64,000 nt of DNA from positions 46,562,001 to 46,626,000 of the forward strand of contig OZ024743.1 in the NCBI GenBank assembly GCA_964016885.1, in the 5' to 3' direction. Numbering within the stretch: position 1 is the stretch's first letter; the number at the start of each line of letters is the position of its first letter. The position numbers were made by a program, and so were the translations under genes. Below are positions 11,340 to 25,711 of this stretch, piece after piece. Origin of the DNA: Eledone cirrhosa. Lineage: Eukaryota. The notes under the pieces were generated by a model, which was not told where the DNA came from, made no database searches, and saw only the letters and a list, made by a program, of their open reading frames with translations.

Positions 11340-12916
11340 CTGTTGAAATATATATATATACACACACATATATCAAAATTCTAAAAACATAAAATTGTAA
11401 AATAAAATTTGAAATGCTTTAAAAATTTAATGAAAAATACATGTACCCTTTTGTTACCATATTTCTCATGAAAGACATTCCATATAATTTTCAAATCATT
11501 TTGAAATAATGAAGTATTTTGAGGGATTTCATAATATAATTTTCTCATTATTAACCCTTTTATAGTTATATTTCTAATGGTATTTTAATTAAGTAATGAA
11601 TAATTTAGAGCGTTTACCAAAAATTATTGTTTTATTTAAATGGAGACACTTTGAAATAAATAGCCTAGTATCATAGAATCAGAAATCGTTTGATATCAAA
11701 AGGGTTAAATAGTGTAATTATTTGTTCATTCTTTCTTTCCAGATTACCCAACTTTTGAAACATCCTAACATGGCAGTAGAAACTAAAGCTAAGCCAATCA
11801 ACTCAATCTTCATCAACACACTAACATACCAATGCCAAACCATTCTAATCATTACAGAATAAAATTACAAGAATTACTTCTTTTAAACATTTTCTTTGTT
11901 TTTTAATTACATCAAAATTGTCTCTAGTGTATTTAATTATTTATTAAACACTTCAATTATCACATTTCTAATGAAAGACATTGTCTATGAGGTTTGCCAG
12001 TGTTCTACACCGAGATTGCAAGGCAATGTGCCTGTGTGGATCAAGACATCATTGGAGGAAAGGTGTGTTTGGAGTGACACTGGTACACTTGGGCAGACTG
12101 ATGCCTCCAAAAATAGACAGAAATGTTATTATGGGCGGTTACTAAACTTGGAGAATGTAGGGGAGAGGAACTACCCCTAATAGACCCAACAGAGAAGCCA
12201 ACTACTGAAGTCAACAGCTATAGGGTCAAAGAGGCCATTAAGGACATGAGAAAAAGAAAAGCAGTTGGACCATTAGGGACAGCTGCTGAAAATATCTGAA
12301 AATAAGGCTCAAGCTAGTCACTCAAATAGTTAATATGGTGTTGTAATACTCCTATATGCTTATAACCTAGAAGAGTTACAAAAGCAATTCCAAATGTGGA
12401 AAGAAACCTAAAATTGAAAGGTCTCAGGGTAAACTTATCAATGACGAAACTGCATTCATTTCATTTTCGTCCTTAATTTCCAGCAATGTTTTACAATGAT
12501 TTACAATCATCAGGATTAATCTTCATTGTATATAATCAAGTTTGAATACTTAGTAAGCATTTTAGCAACTAGATTGAAAAGATTGCATTTTGCTTAACTA
12601 ATTTCATCATTTCTATATGCTGTACAACAAAAATCAGATCAGGCCAAGGAAATTATGTTGCCAATGGTCTTTCCATCGCTAACACACTATCTCACAGAAA
12701 GTTGAATCAGATACTACAAAGCATACCATCAGGTTTTTTCACAATTCCAGCAATACACCACCCCTGGACTGGTAGTACAACCCAAAAAATGAAAAGCGGA
12801 ATTTGAACTCATACAGAGGCATTTAATCCAACACAGTAACAATTCAGCCAATTCACTGTTGTACATTTTTTCTAAGTAATTGCATAACATATTATATAAC
12901 AGGTAATAAGATTTAC

Positions 12917-13052
12917 CATTTGACTGTTCCCCCTGAAGTGCCTTTTGCTGCTTGATTTGTTTTTGAAGCTGCATACGCTGTCTTTCTTGCTGTTCTCTCT
13001 GTTTCTCCAGCTGCTCTCTTTCAAGATAACCTTCACTAAATGGATTATTGTC
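12917..13052 (-). CDS. KMT2C: KMT2C/D-like exon (DNNPFSEGYLEREQLEKQREQQERQRMQLQKQIKQQKALQ)
   Basis: CCTAG acceptor, GTAAAT donor, 136 nt, phase 0-1; closely resembles KMT2C DNNPFSESFQERERKERLREQQERQRIQL. Confidence 0.93.
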
Positions 13053-13380
13053 CTAGGAGGAAAAAAAATGTATCATGAAGCATATATAAATATTGGCAAA
13101 TCAAAACATTGAATATCAAATAAACTTTCAAATTAAAGAAATTAAAAGAAAACTTATATAAAATGATATCAAATTAGTATTCTATTCCTAATTACAGTAA
13201 TTATCAAAAATTATAAAATGGTAAAGAAAACTACTGAGCATACTGACATATCTTATGAAAGCTACTTAAAAATAGATTTTTCCTTATGCATTTCTGTTCA
13301 TCCCAGATTCAAAATTGCTGCTAGTCTATACATACATACATACATATGTATGCATGTGTATGCATGTGTGCGTGTATATA

Positions 13381-13432
<52 letters not shown>

Positions 13433-14640
13433 ATAGATATCAGCATATCATAATGTTTATTAGAACATAGAGGAAATGATAAGGATATAAAAAATAATAG
13501 GGTATTTTCATAAGTAAAAACAAACTAAGTTAAAAATATAATTCTAACATAAAACAAAATCATAGAATATTGTGAAGTAAACAAAGGAGAGAAGAGAGAG
13601 AAGTTAAAAAAAGGAAAGGAAATATCCCTCAAAACATCATACAGGTGAATAGGTTGAAGCTGAAGAAAGATAATGGATCTTAGTTGGTTGAAATAAAATA
13701 GATCTGGATAAGAGAACACGAAGAAAAAATAGCCAGTTTGAATTTCTGTCGATAAAACTTTAGTATCAAGAGGAAGCGACAATTAAAAGGAAACGATCTT
13801 AACTGAACATGTTCTACAAAAAAATGAGAACATGCACTGCATACTAAGTGTTTTATTCCTTAGTATTTTGGCACGAATCTCATTGAAAGACAATCAAATT
13901 TGAACGAAATACATCATGTAGTAAAAGATTAGTAGTGAAGAAAGTTAAAGGCTCGCTGAAATAGAATGTATGATAGAGGGAAGAGCAATACCAGATGATT
14001 TTAACATGAAGTAGTGAAATAAAAAGCTTTTAGTTATATAGCTTCAAAGTTTTTTGTTTTTTTTACAGAAAGATGTGTCCAACTTATAAAAACATTCAAT
14101 AAAATTTGATAATGAACTGCAACAATAAAAACCATGCATTTTTTCTATTAAGATGTTAAAAACAAAAGCAAAAAACAGTCCTAAGTTGCATATTGTCACT
14201 CATCTGTATCATAAGGCTGAAAAGGACTCCTATGGTGTTTGAACATTTCTAAGGAAAATGTACCAAAAATTCAACAACCATTAGAAAGGATGGCTTTACT
14301 GTATCAACTAATGAACTAAATAACTGCTTTTATGAAATTTAGATTACTAGAACAAAGTCGAAAACTTATTACTTTAGTTTAAATTTTTACATTAATCAAC
14401 CTAAGAACACTAATTTCTTAGCATGGTTACAGTCAAACACATTTTCAAGATCACACACACGTTATTCAAAAGCATGTAAGCCTGACAGTTAAGCTAAAAC
14501 CATTTCAATGCTAGTGTGGGAATCAACAAAACGGTTTAAATGTGATTGCAGGGCTTACGTATTTTTAATATCTACACTCAACTTTTTAAAAGTATGAAAT
14601 ACTAAGTTAAATAATGGTCTTACTAGTCTCAATTAGTATC

Positions 14641-14700
<60 letters not shown>

Positions 14701-14929
14701 GCACAAGTTTGGTTGTGTTGTTAAAAGGTTTGCTTCATAATTACATGGTTCTGATTTTAATCACAATGTGCTGCACCTTAGGCAAGTGTTTCTGTAACTT
14801 CAAGTGGACCAATGTCTTTCAAGCATAACCTGAAAGCTAGTGGTATATACAAACAATAGTATATAGGCTATTCAGGTCTATATTTATGTTTCCAAGCATA
14901 AACACTCGGAAGCAGTCTTTATTATTTTT

Positions 14930-15093
<164 letters not shown>

Positions 15094-15933
15094 TGCTTTC
15101 TAAGCTGCTGGCATGCAATTGTTAGATAGGTTGGTACAACCCGCATCAGTTTCTTTTTTGGAGTTAAAGCTTTCCTGGTCAGAGAATTATATCGCATTCA
15201 TACATTTTGTTTTTGGCATGGTTTCTACAGCTGGATAAGCTTCTTAATACCAAACACAGTAGAGAGAATACTAGGTGCATTTTATTATAGCACCAACACT
15301 AGAAAGGTTGTCACTTCTTTTGACATGACTAAAGTATCATCATTACTCTATGCTATCTGTTAGATCATCAACTACTTTGCAGAGTTTACTGGGTGCATTT
15401 TATAATGGTTCCAACACTAGAGAGGTTCCTATACCCACAACAAAGCTAAAGAGACCTCTCCACTCTATGTATTAGTGTGATGAGAACAAGAATAATGACC
15501 TAGAGTTCAAAAAAGAAATGGTATGATTGGGGGGTAATGGAGGGGGACTGAATGTAAGGTCAGTAAGGGAAGGAGGACAATGATAGCTATGTGGGGGTTG
15601 TTGGTAGTGGGGAGGAGGTTTAATAGAAAACAGCATGAGCAACATGATAGAGTATGAGTAAGAATGTGTCAGAGTAGGAGAGATTGAATGATGGATGCAA
15701 TAGGGGTGTGAGAGTAGCAGGTGCCAGTTAAGAGTCTCATAGGGGAAAGAGAAAAGTGGTTAATGAGTTTGATAAAGATAATGGGTACATATGTGTGTAT
15801 ATATATATATATAATATATATATATATACACACACACACGTGTATGTATATACATATATATATAAACACGCATATATACACACACACGTATACATAACCC
15901 TTGCTAGCAGGAAAAGTGGGTTAAAACGACAAT

Positions 15934-15973
<40 letters not shown>

Positions 15974-16529
15974 TGATGGTAATGTTTAGACAATGGTGGG
16001 TGAGATTTCTGAGGACTTTCAGGACAAAGGACCTGGAGACCATGTTGACCCTCGGGAGGACTTTCGACCTAAGCAGACAGGACTATTGCTCTTAGTTGTG
16101 GTCGCCCCACAGTATCAAAGTATCAAACTAACTGCAGAAGCAATCCAACGAACCTACACCAAGAGGATTGCCTCAGTGAAAGAGATAGCTACTGGGAGGG
16201 GCTGAAAAAACTAAAGCTTTACTCCCTGGAGAGAAGACAGAAAAAGCATAATCTGTGACAAAAGTTTAAGGATTAAGAAACATTTGACTGTTCTCTTTCA
16301 CGTTTGTGTGGTCGCAAAAAATGCTGCAGAGCTGAGCAATATTATGGAAGTGCATAGACTTCACGGCTTACATGCTAAATATCTTCAGAGCCATATACAG
16401 AGACAACAGCCTTCTTATACTTCGCAATATAAATAGTCTATCAAGAGATTCAAGAAAAAGAAATTCTATATATGTGTACTGAATTCAACTAAAAAAGAAC
16501 AATCAAATTTAACCTTAAGATAGTCAATT

Positions 16530-17000
16530 ATCAAAATGTGATATTTAGATACTACCTGAATGTGACACTTAACCTAGAAAATTCACAATTATCCCAGTAC
16601 AGAAAATCAAACAGATATTCACAAAAAATACAAAGACTCTCTAATCACCCCAATACTAATTTATGTAACCTGGTCAAAAACATCCACCTACTTCCGAGTA
16701 AAGTACCTTCAATATTGTTTCAGAGTACGTATTACATAATGCATTATCAATTAGTAGATTTATTGAAAATATACATTTAAAAAATATAACCTATAAACTC
16801 ATATATAACTCAAATATAAAGAAATATCACCTGGTATATCTTCCCTTTTAATTAAAAGCTTTCACCATCTGTGGTCAAAATATACTTTAAACTGCTCCAG
16901 AAATACTTCCTCCAGACACAAATATTATAAAACTTTTAATAAAAACACCGACTGTTTCCTATTTGACCACGTCAAACTTTTCACAATCTTTATTGAATAT
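16530..17000 (+). mobile_element. Decayed Penelope-like RT C-terminal/linker fragment
   Basis: YLNVTLNLENSQLSQYRKSN...LSNHP and HKYYKTFNKNT..VSY remnants typical of PLE ORFs. Confidence 0.65.
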
Positions 17001-17616
17001 GAACCAAACTAAACTAAACTCTACAATTCATACGATACCCAATATGTACAACCTTGCAACTGTATATATCTATCAGAATGTCAACTTGGCTGTAGATGCA
17101 CCACAAATAGGACTGTTTACTATTAGTATGGGCACTATGCCAAATCGCATGTAGGATTAACTGCTTGTCCATAGGATTAACAAGATATGCAAAACACAAA
17201 CACACTTTACAAAACCAACTTGGAATTGCCGACACTAACTTGCTTGGTTGCATATGGGCCCCTTAAATATGAAGACAATAACATAAAATAGAAATTGAAT
17301 TCATGCCAACATTTGGTACAGGCTGGTTGTTGCTATGCTGCAAGGGTTAGGGTATTGTTTTGAAGGGTGGGATTGGTTTTTACTTTGTCTTATGCAGTAA
17401 TGTATTTAGTAGTGAGTGGGGTTGAGTGTAGATTTTATAGCATTTGCTTGAATTCGTGGATAGCTTTGGATTGCTGTAAATAAGTTTGTCACAGTTATAT
17501 ATATATATGTGTATGCCTAGAATAATACTTTTCATGATACATATATATGACCATATGATGATGATGTATGGGGACATGTGTGTGTGTGTGCATATATGTG
17601 TGTGAATATGTGTATA

Positions 17617-17997
17617 TCATCATCATCATCATCATCATTTTACGTCTGCTTTTCTCTGCTTCCAAGAGTGGGACGGCAAATGATTCTGGCTTGATTTCTA
17701 CAGCTGGATGCCCTTCCTAACACCAACCTCATTTACAGTGAGTGCTGCGTGCTTTTTTTCCGTGGTGCCTACACGTCCACTTTACAGTGTGGGCTGGGTG
17801 CTTTTTTGCCATGGCACCTCCACGACCAGGAATGATAGGGACCCCAGTCCTATCATCTCATTTCTACAGCTGAGTAAACTGGAGCAATGTGAAATAAAGT
17901 GTCTTGCTCAAGGAAACAACACATCCCCCGGTCTGAGAATTGAACTCACAACCTTTCGATTGCAAGCCCAATGCTCTAACCACTAAGCCATGTGCCT
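17617..17997 (-). mobile_element. tRNA-derived SINE with Meta/MESC-like core and RTE-derived 3' tail
   Basis: Minus strand reads GGCACATGGCTTAGTGG (A box)...GAGTTCAATTC (B box)...CCTTGAGCAAGACACTTTATTTCACATTGCTCCAG, then tail matching ~29185-29330 and (GAT)n. Confidence 0.88.
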
Positions 17998-18109
17998 CAT
18001 CATCATCATCATCATCATCATCATTATCTTCGTTTAACGTCCATTTTCCACGCTATATATATATATGCACACATATACTCACTCACACACATACATATAT
18101 ATATATATT

Positions 18110-20006
18110 GTTCCGAAGGACTGGCATAGCAGCATCATCGTTAACTGTTATAAGGGTAAAGGAGACGCCCTAGATAGGAGTAACTATAGAGGCATTAAAT
18201 TAATCGACCAGGTCATGAAGGTCACGGAAAAAGTAATAGCGCAACTAATCAGAGAGAGAATTGACCTAGATGAAATGCAGTTCGGGTTTGTGTCAGGCAA
18301 AAGTACCACAGACGCTCTTTTCATAGTACGACAACTACAGGAGAAGTACCTAGCTAAAGGTAAACCCCTCTACTTAGCTTTTGTCGACATGGAGAAAGCC
18401 TTCGACAGAGTCCCCCGCTCCATTATCTGGTGGGCTCTTAGAAAACTAGGCGTTGACGAATGGCTTGTGAGGGCTATACAAGCCATGTATAAAGAAACAG
18501 TCAGCAAGGTTAGAATTAACAACGAATATAGTGAAGAGTTTAGCGTAAAAGTTGGCGTCCATCAGGGCTCTGTTCTCAGCCCACTACTATTTATTATTGC
18601 CCTTCAGGCTATAACAGAGGAGTTCAAGACAGGCTGCCCATGGGAACTCCTATACGCAGACGACCTGACACTCATAGCGGAATCAATGGCCGAGCTAGAG
18701 AAGAAATTCCAAACATGGAAGCACGGCCTAGAGTCAAAAGGACTTAAAATTAACCTGGCTAAGACCAAAGTACTAGTTTGTAGGAAAGAAAACAAGGCGG
18801 CGGTCCCTTCTGGGAAATGGTCGTGCTCGGTGTGTAGGAAAGGCGTAGGTAGAAACTCCATTTTATGTCCTAAATGCAAAGTATGGGTGCATAAAAGATG
18901 TAGTGGGATCACAGGTAAGCTAACTAAGAACATAGATTTTACATGTGGCCGGTGCTCTGGTGCAATAAGTAGCAGCAAGTGCCCACAAAATACTAGCTCT
19001 TTCAATTGCGCAGAGGGTTCTATAGAAATAGTGGACAGCTTCCGTTACCTGGGCGATAAAATCAGCAGTGGGGGAGGGTGCTCTGAAAGTACTGTAGCTA
19101 GAGTCAGAACTGGTTGGAAAAAGTTCAGAGAGCTTATACCACTATTAGCTGCTAAAGGGTTCTCACTAAAAATGAAAGGCAGGTTGTACGATGCCTGCAT
19201 ACGAACAGCAATGCTGCATGGCAGTGAGACCTGGGCATTGTGTGCAGAGGATATACGCAGACTAGAGAGGAACGAAGCTTGCATGCTCCGCTGGATGTGT
19301 AATAGTAATATACGTGAACGGCAAAGCATAAACGAACTAAGGAAAAAATTAGAGATAAGAGGGATCAGATGTTGTTTACTCGAGAGAAGGCTACGTTGGT
19401 ATGGACACGTGATGCGCATGAAAGTCGATAGCTGTATAACAAAGTGCAGGGCAATAAAGATAGACGGTAGTCACGGAATAGGCAGACCTAGAAAAACCTG
19501 GGACGAGCTGATAAACTCCGACATCACACACTTACACCTCTCCAAGACAATGTCACTGGACCGAGACCTTTGGCGGTACTCAGTAACAGAGAAGACCCGC
19601 CTTACCTAAATATATAGTAAAACCTACTCCAGCCAGTAGGCATCTCTAACAAAATACACCCCGTCCCACCACCACCACCCCCACCCCATCCACCCCACCC
19701 CGTTCTATGTAAAGTTATGTTGGTGCCGCGCCATCGAGGCCGAAACAAATGAGATCGTGTAGGTGTCACGACAAAAAAACACACAGTCCACGCTGTAATG
19801 TGGCCGTGTAGGCAACACGGTAAAAACCTCCCAGACCCACACTGTAAATGTGGTTGGTGTTAGGAAGGGCATCCAACTGTAGAAAACCTGCCAGACAGTC
19901 CTATGCGAGCAAGACAATCACTCTTGCCTCAAGTGGGACTACCCCCGTCCAAACCCATGCAAGCGTGGAACACGGACGTTAAACGTTGATGATGATGATG
20001 ATGATG
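18110..20006 (+). mobile_element. 5'-truncated RTE LINE (subfamily B), uninterrupted RT-to-C-terminus ORF ending 19609, (GAT)n tail
   Basis: QFGF, FVDMEKAFD, GVHQGSVLSP, LLYADD, YLG motifs; candidate TSD ATATATATT at 18101-18109 and 20007-20015. Confidence 0.95.
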
Positions 20007-20044
20007 ATATATATTACACAACCTCTACAATCATGTGACAACTA

Positions 20045-21190
20045 TAGGTATCTTGGACAGGATGAGAATGTCAGGTATGATAGAATTATAAATAAGGAGA
20101 GTTCCAGGAATGAATACCTCAGGAGAGTAAAGAGAATATGGTGATCAGAACTCTCAACGTACAAGTACATTGCCCATAATACTTTTACTGTGCCCATCCT
20201 AACACCAACATTTGGCCTGCTGAATTGGTCATTGAAATAATTAAGCAAATGAATGTAAGGACTCGCAAGCTGCTCAGTGTTGATGGGGACTAACATCAAT
20301 GGTGATGTGGATAAGTTATATTTCTTACACATGGGTCCTAAAATATACATTAACATCATACAAGACCTGGATAATAATACTGAAGCAACATCTTCAACAA
20401 AAGAAAAGGATTAGCTGTCATCTCACTCAGATTTGTGGACATGAAAATATTATTACTGTTGTTGTTAGGATAGCCAGTGATCTAGAAGAGAGACATGAAA
20501 TAAAATCCGATACAAATCTCTCTCACAGGAAAATTGGAAGACTCTATTCAATGCTCAAACAAAATTTTTAAAATGACCAATTCACTAAGAAGGTTCTACA
20601 GGGTATTTAAGACGAAAAACACAACCATACTAAAAGCCTGGCATGGAGTGCTGACAAGTTCCACCTTCAAGGATATCTGTTCCACTTTCAAGGATATCTC
20701 CATGCAATTCAGGAACAAGGAATCTCCATCAAGTACCTACTGTACTACAGCGAAAGGTCATCAGTGGACTATAAATGTAGACTGTGCAAAACAAACGCCA
20801 AAGATGATAGCCACATTATTGCCAACTGTGAAAGAATGTCTTCTCGTTCTATCTACCCATGAGACATGATGTCATAGTAAAAAAAATCTAGAATTGGCTC
20901 TAGGTGCACCACAAACAGGATTGTTTATGGTGCAACAGTTAATATGAAAGAAGACAAAAATCAAATCAAATAGGGAGAAATATGGTCCAAAGGAATACTA
21001 GTGGAACCTAAAATTAAAAACTACAAACTAATTAAAGCACAACCAGTCTGATATGTTCTGTCGGGGAAGCCTGCTGCCCAGTTGATGTCAATGTAATAAG
21101 AAAAATGCAAGAGAATGAGGATATCTATGGACCGTTGATGAGGAGTTTGCAGATCCAGTATTCAAGATAGACATTCAGTTTCATTATTAG
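20045..21190 (+). mobile_element. Decayed R4/Dong-like non-LTR element (restriction-like endonuclease type), 3' part
   Basis: EYLRRVKRIW.SELS, IAHNTFTVPILTPTFGLLNW, KCRLCKTNAKDDSHIIANC (CCHC), YLPMRHDV, CPVDVN..IYGPLMRSLQ. Confidence 0.72.
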
Positions 21191-22575
21191 TTAAGTAAGT
21201 AGGTCCTCCCATTCCATGTGGAACATTGGGCAACAAAAAAAAAATCTCCATTCTCTGCGGTCTTCTGCAAAATATTTGGCACCTCCCAGCTCAGTTCTTC
21301 CGCATGCAGATCCTTCAGGACTGTCTTCTTCCATGTTGTTAATGGGCATTCACATTTCATTTTCCACCTTCTGGTTTCCAGTCATGGGAAATACTTACGT
21401 GTCTTGTTGATGGTCTTCTAAAGACGTTGAAAAAATCTAAGATGACGATTTTTCACTGTGATGCTTAGTAGTTTTCTGCTTGGTTCCCCATAGACTTCTT
21501 CATTGATAATTTTGTCTTGCCAAGAGATGTTAATTTTTGGAGGCACCTCTAGTGGAATACATCTAGCTTGTGGGCAAGTCCCGTTGTCATCTTCCACGTT
21601 TCACTGCTTTTTAGAGTCATCTGATTAGATTGCCAGATATTTCGAAGCTTCCAAAAGAGAGATCCTGCTTTTCCAATTCTGCTCAGTACATTTTGCTCCG
21701 TGTCACACCTGTTGGAAATGCTGCCACCCAGGTAGGTGTACCTCTCAACCTCATCTGCACATGTGTTATTTACTCGTATGTTGTTAGGGTTTCCTTCCTT
21801 CACTGAGATGATCTCCATCGTTTCTGAGCTGATTCTTAGCCCAACTTTAGCAGTATTACTTGCCAGATTGTCAGTCAACATCTGCCATGACTGTTCTGAT
21901 TTGCCGAGGTGGGCAATGTCATCTGCAAAATCCAATGCCAATAAAGGATAAAGATGAAAAGGTGCTTCTGTCAGGAAAAGACCAGAATGCAAGATGGGTG
22001 AACACTTCAAAGAGGTACTAAACCAACCAGACTCACCATCGCTATTTGACACACAGACCCAAGATACTTTGGATCCTCTAGATATAGAGGAGGAGAGATA
22101 ACAGTGACAGAATTTCTTCGAGCCATAAAATCACTCAAGAATGGAAAGGCACCAGGACTAGATCATATCTTATTAGAATTACTGAAGCATGGAAATCAAG
22201 ATTTCATGCAACAACTTACCTACCTCTTCAAAGTGGTCTGATAATCAGAAGATTGGAGAAAAGGAGTGATTGTCAGGGTACCAAAGGGAGACCTTAACAA
22301 TTGTAACAACTGCTGAGGGATCGCGTAACAATCAATTCCTGGCAGGGTGTTCTGTTCAGTCCTACTGAATAGATTATGTGACACCCTAGACATAAAGTTT
22401 AGTGAGGAGCAGGCTGTAAGGGAAGATCATGTATTGATCAGAGCCTAACCCTTAGAAACAGTGAACAGAGTATGGAGTTCAACAAAAATCTTTACATCAT
22501 CTTCATCGATTTCAAGAAGGCCTTTGAAAATATACACAAAGATACTGGAGAGACTCAAGATCTATGGAACTCCTC
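21190..22575 (-). mobile_element. Old RTE-clade LINE with inverted 5' segment (21190-~21945 minus; ~21945-22575 plus)
   Basis: Minus: LDFADDIA, YTYLGG, SRIGKA, ETWKMT, (ACTT)n tail. Plus: EHFKEVLN, KAPGLDHI..ELLK, FIDFKKAF. Confidence 0.78.
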
Positions 22576-22619
22576 ATTTAATGTAAACTTGCCTGAAGAG
22601 TATAATCAGTATAACAGCT

Positions 22620-22915
22620 TCAAATCACATATATACCAGCATTGAGATTTCTTCATTAACCTTCAAAAGTCGCTGCACAACAGCTCTATCCAAATATATC
22701 TGGCTACGTAGAGAAATTACCAACAACATATTCAGAACCACTCGGTCCATCCTATACCACACACACACATAATTAAGGAAGCTTCATGTCAAGGTTCTGC
22801 TACCAGTTATCTTAACTGAGAATATGCTCATCTTGCATCAAAATTCCAACAATTTAAATCTCAAATCAGAGCTATTAAATTCTTGTAAACACTGGCCAAA
22901 ATAATTTTTGGCCCA
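22620..22915 (+). mobile_element. Decayed Penelope-like GIY-YIG C-terminal fragment
   Basis: TTALSKYIWL and NLNLKSELLNSCKH remnants; CTGAAGA/CTGAAAA core-like remnants at ~22593 and ~23036. Confidence 0.6.
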
Positions 22916-25416
22916 CTATAAACCTCCTTAATGCTTAACATTTTTTGTTTGGACTGAATAATAATAACGATAAAAATAAAATTTTAAAAAAAACTGAAAA
23001 TGTATGGCCAGCTCTCTTAATTTTTGTAAACTTGCCTGAAAAACAATGTCACTTCTGGTTATTCCATACATCCACCTAAGCAACACTCATGTGTTTTAAT
23101 TCATACTGCTCATGCTAATTCTTTCTTTTGTACTGTGATTCCCTTTTGCTTCTCCTAAGGTCATCTCAATTAATTTTAACATCACCCTTTTTAATCTATT
23201 TTACTTTCAAACCATTTTTTATTAAATTCTGTTAATTTTTACATTTTATAATTTCATGAATTCTACATTTTATATATTTAGAATTTTTTCATCATATATT
23301 TTTCTCGTGTATTTTTATCCCATAATTTTTTCAGCACATAAAGAAAAAATCATTTGTATCATTCATATCGTCTTAACATTCATTAGCTATTACTATTTAT
23401 TCTTTATCCATCAATAATCAAGCTCAATGCATTGCCTTATCACCTTAAATTTCAAACTGCCTGAAAACACACCTTGTTCTATGAAACTAAGTTGTTTATT
23501 TTAAAGTGTTTATATTTATCTAAAAACTTTCCATCATAATTTTATGCAAGAACCTTTGTTAAGATATGCTCCAAATACCAGCTTAATAATGAGAAAGTTT
23601 GTTACATGACTAAATCCTTCCAAATTCTTGTTTATTGCCAAAATGGTTTGAAAATTATAGGCAGTGTCTTTCATCATCATCATTTAACGTCTATCTTCCA
23701 CGCTAGCATAAGAAATATGGTAAGAGGGTTAATATAACATCAGTTTTCCATTATTGTAATCTGCATCTTACTATCAGTCTTACATTCAAACACATTTAGT
23801 TATTTTTCTTTACATATTTACTTCTTTTTTTTTTTCATTTATATAGCTCAACATTTCATTTTTATATATTCCAATGTGTTTTTAGTTTAGAATAGCTACA
23901 CCATATTCCTGCAATTTCATAAGAGTCAACTAAAGAGATTGATACAAGGAAGGGCATCAAGTCACATAAAATATTGCTGAAGAAAACCACATGAAGTGTA
24001 TGAAGCCTGCCAGGGGGCCACAAGGGTAACCCTTACTTTAGCAGGGGAAACTAGCTTAAATCACTTATAAGTTCCTATATCTTCTAGCATCAACACAAAA
24101 ATGTACTGCAAACATTCAATTACAAAATATTAAGAAATGACAGTTATCCCCTGGCCTGTCTCCAAACAGAACCTGGAATTGCACTCCAATATTTCTGCAG
24201 AATTTTTCTGGCAGAAAATATATATACTGGCTGTACTAGCATAAATATTCACTGCTGTCTTCCTAAGACTGAAAACACAAAACTTGGTGTGGATTAAATT
24301 ATACACATACCCATATATACACCCACTTTCAATGCTAGCAGAGAATGTACAAGTCATTACAATGTGAGTTAATACTTATTTGGAGTTACTGGCCTTCTAG
24401 ATTTGTTGGAAGATTTTATCTTGCTGGTGTGTTCCAATTGTATGTATGTGTATGTATTAATAATTAAATTAGTTAATAATACTACATATCGCATATATAT
24501 CATACTTATATGATAATTACAAACCTTGTTATTTACCTACCCTTAATGCATATGTAAAGGTAGACATCTGTGAAATACTCAACTGCTTACATCCATGAGG
24601 TGGGTGTTCAGTTGATTGAACAACTGACTGTTCATTATTGAGGCCAATGGAGAAAGCATCGTTATTAGTGTTGCAAATATGGAAAATAATGCATCTGCAG
24701 TTAGCTTCAGCAGCAATTGTATAACAACAGCACTCACAATTGATGTGTGATTGTCAGGAGTAGCTATTCAGCCATGTCTATTATAGCATATCAACTGGCT
24801 GTCAGATAGATACTGTCAGATAGACAACATTGATAATATTCCCAAAGATCCTGTTTTGGCATATGCAATGTCTCTGTCAAGCAGAGCTTGAATTTTCATG
24901 CTCCATTGTTATAAGGTATGGATTTTCCTATGATGTTCATGTTATTGAAGCATGTTCAGATGTGTCCCTGAATTTTAAATTAAAGTGATGGTGTTCTCCT
25001 TGTCCTTTGACCTGAAGGAGTTGAGAAGCTGCTAGTATCAACATTTAAAAATGTATAGTTCTTTTTACTAACATCAGTAGGTGGCTCTATGTATCACAGG
25101 TTTCAAGAGACTTGATACTCTATGCAAGCAGAATGAAGAACTATAGTAACACATTGGTTATGATGGCAGCTGTAATCCAACCAAGAATTGCTGGTCTTAA
25201 CCCTATCAGTGTTAAAGTGTTTGTTCTACTTGTATATATGTAAGGAATGATGTCTAACTGGGGCTAGGAAGTTCCTGGCTCTATATTTCAATCTGAAAAT
25301 ATTGAAGAGATAAGACACTTTGCCATTCTTCTCTGCTAAAATGTACCACTAGAGCTGATTCAAATTTTCCCAGCCAGCCATCCACCTAATCTACGAAGGT
25401 ATTTTAGCCTACATAT

Positions 25417-25711
25417 TGTCGTTAATATTATGATGTTCCCTGCTGTATTAGCGTTAAATTTTCCCTGCTGTATTAGCGATAAATTTTCGAGGGTTTCTCT
25501 TAGTAGCTTTTTCATGTCGTTAATATTATGATGTTCCCTGCTGTATTAGCGTTAAATTTTCCCTGCTGTATTAGCGATAAATTTTCGAGGGTTTCTCTTA
25601 GTAGCTTTTTCATGTCGTTAATATTATGATGTTCCCTGCTGTATTAGCGTTAAATTTTCCCTGCTGTATTAGCGATAAATTTTCGAGGGTTTCTCTTAGT
25701 AGCTTTTTTCA
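25417..25711 (+). repeat. Three 98-bp tandem monomers at the 5' end of the full-length RTE
   Basis: Unit starts TGTCGTTAATATTATGATG at 25417, 25515 and 25613; each has an internal TTCCCTGCTGTATTAGCG duplication. Confidence 0.93.

Noticed and set aside
18065-18109. Met start of the 514-aa ORF
   Set aside because: Lies in flanking TA/CA microsatellite; RTE homology starts near 18110, so this is a 5'-truncated copy
24550-25415. Decayed RT-like sequence upstream of the full-length RTE
   Set aside because: Only vague motif remnants; could not assign family or boundaries
25417-25711. Possible CRISPR-like array
   Set aside because: Units are identical head-to-tail with no unique spacers, the context is eukaryotic and there are no cas genes
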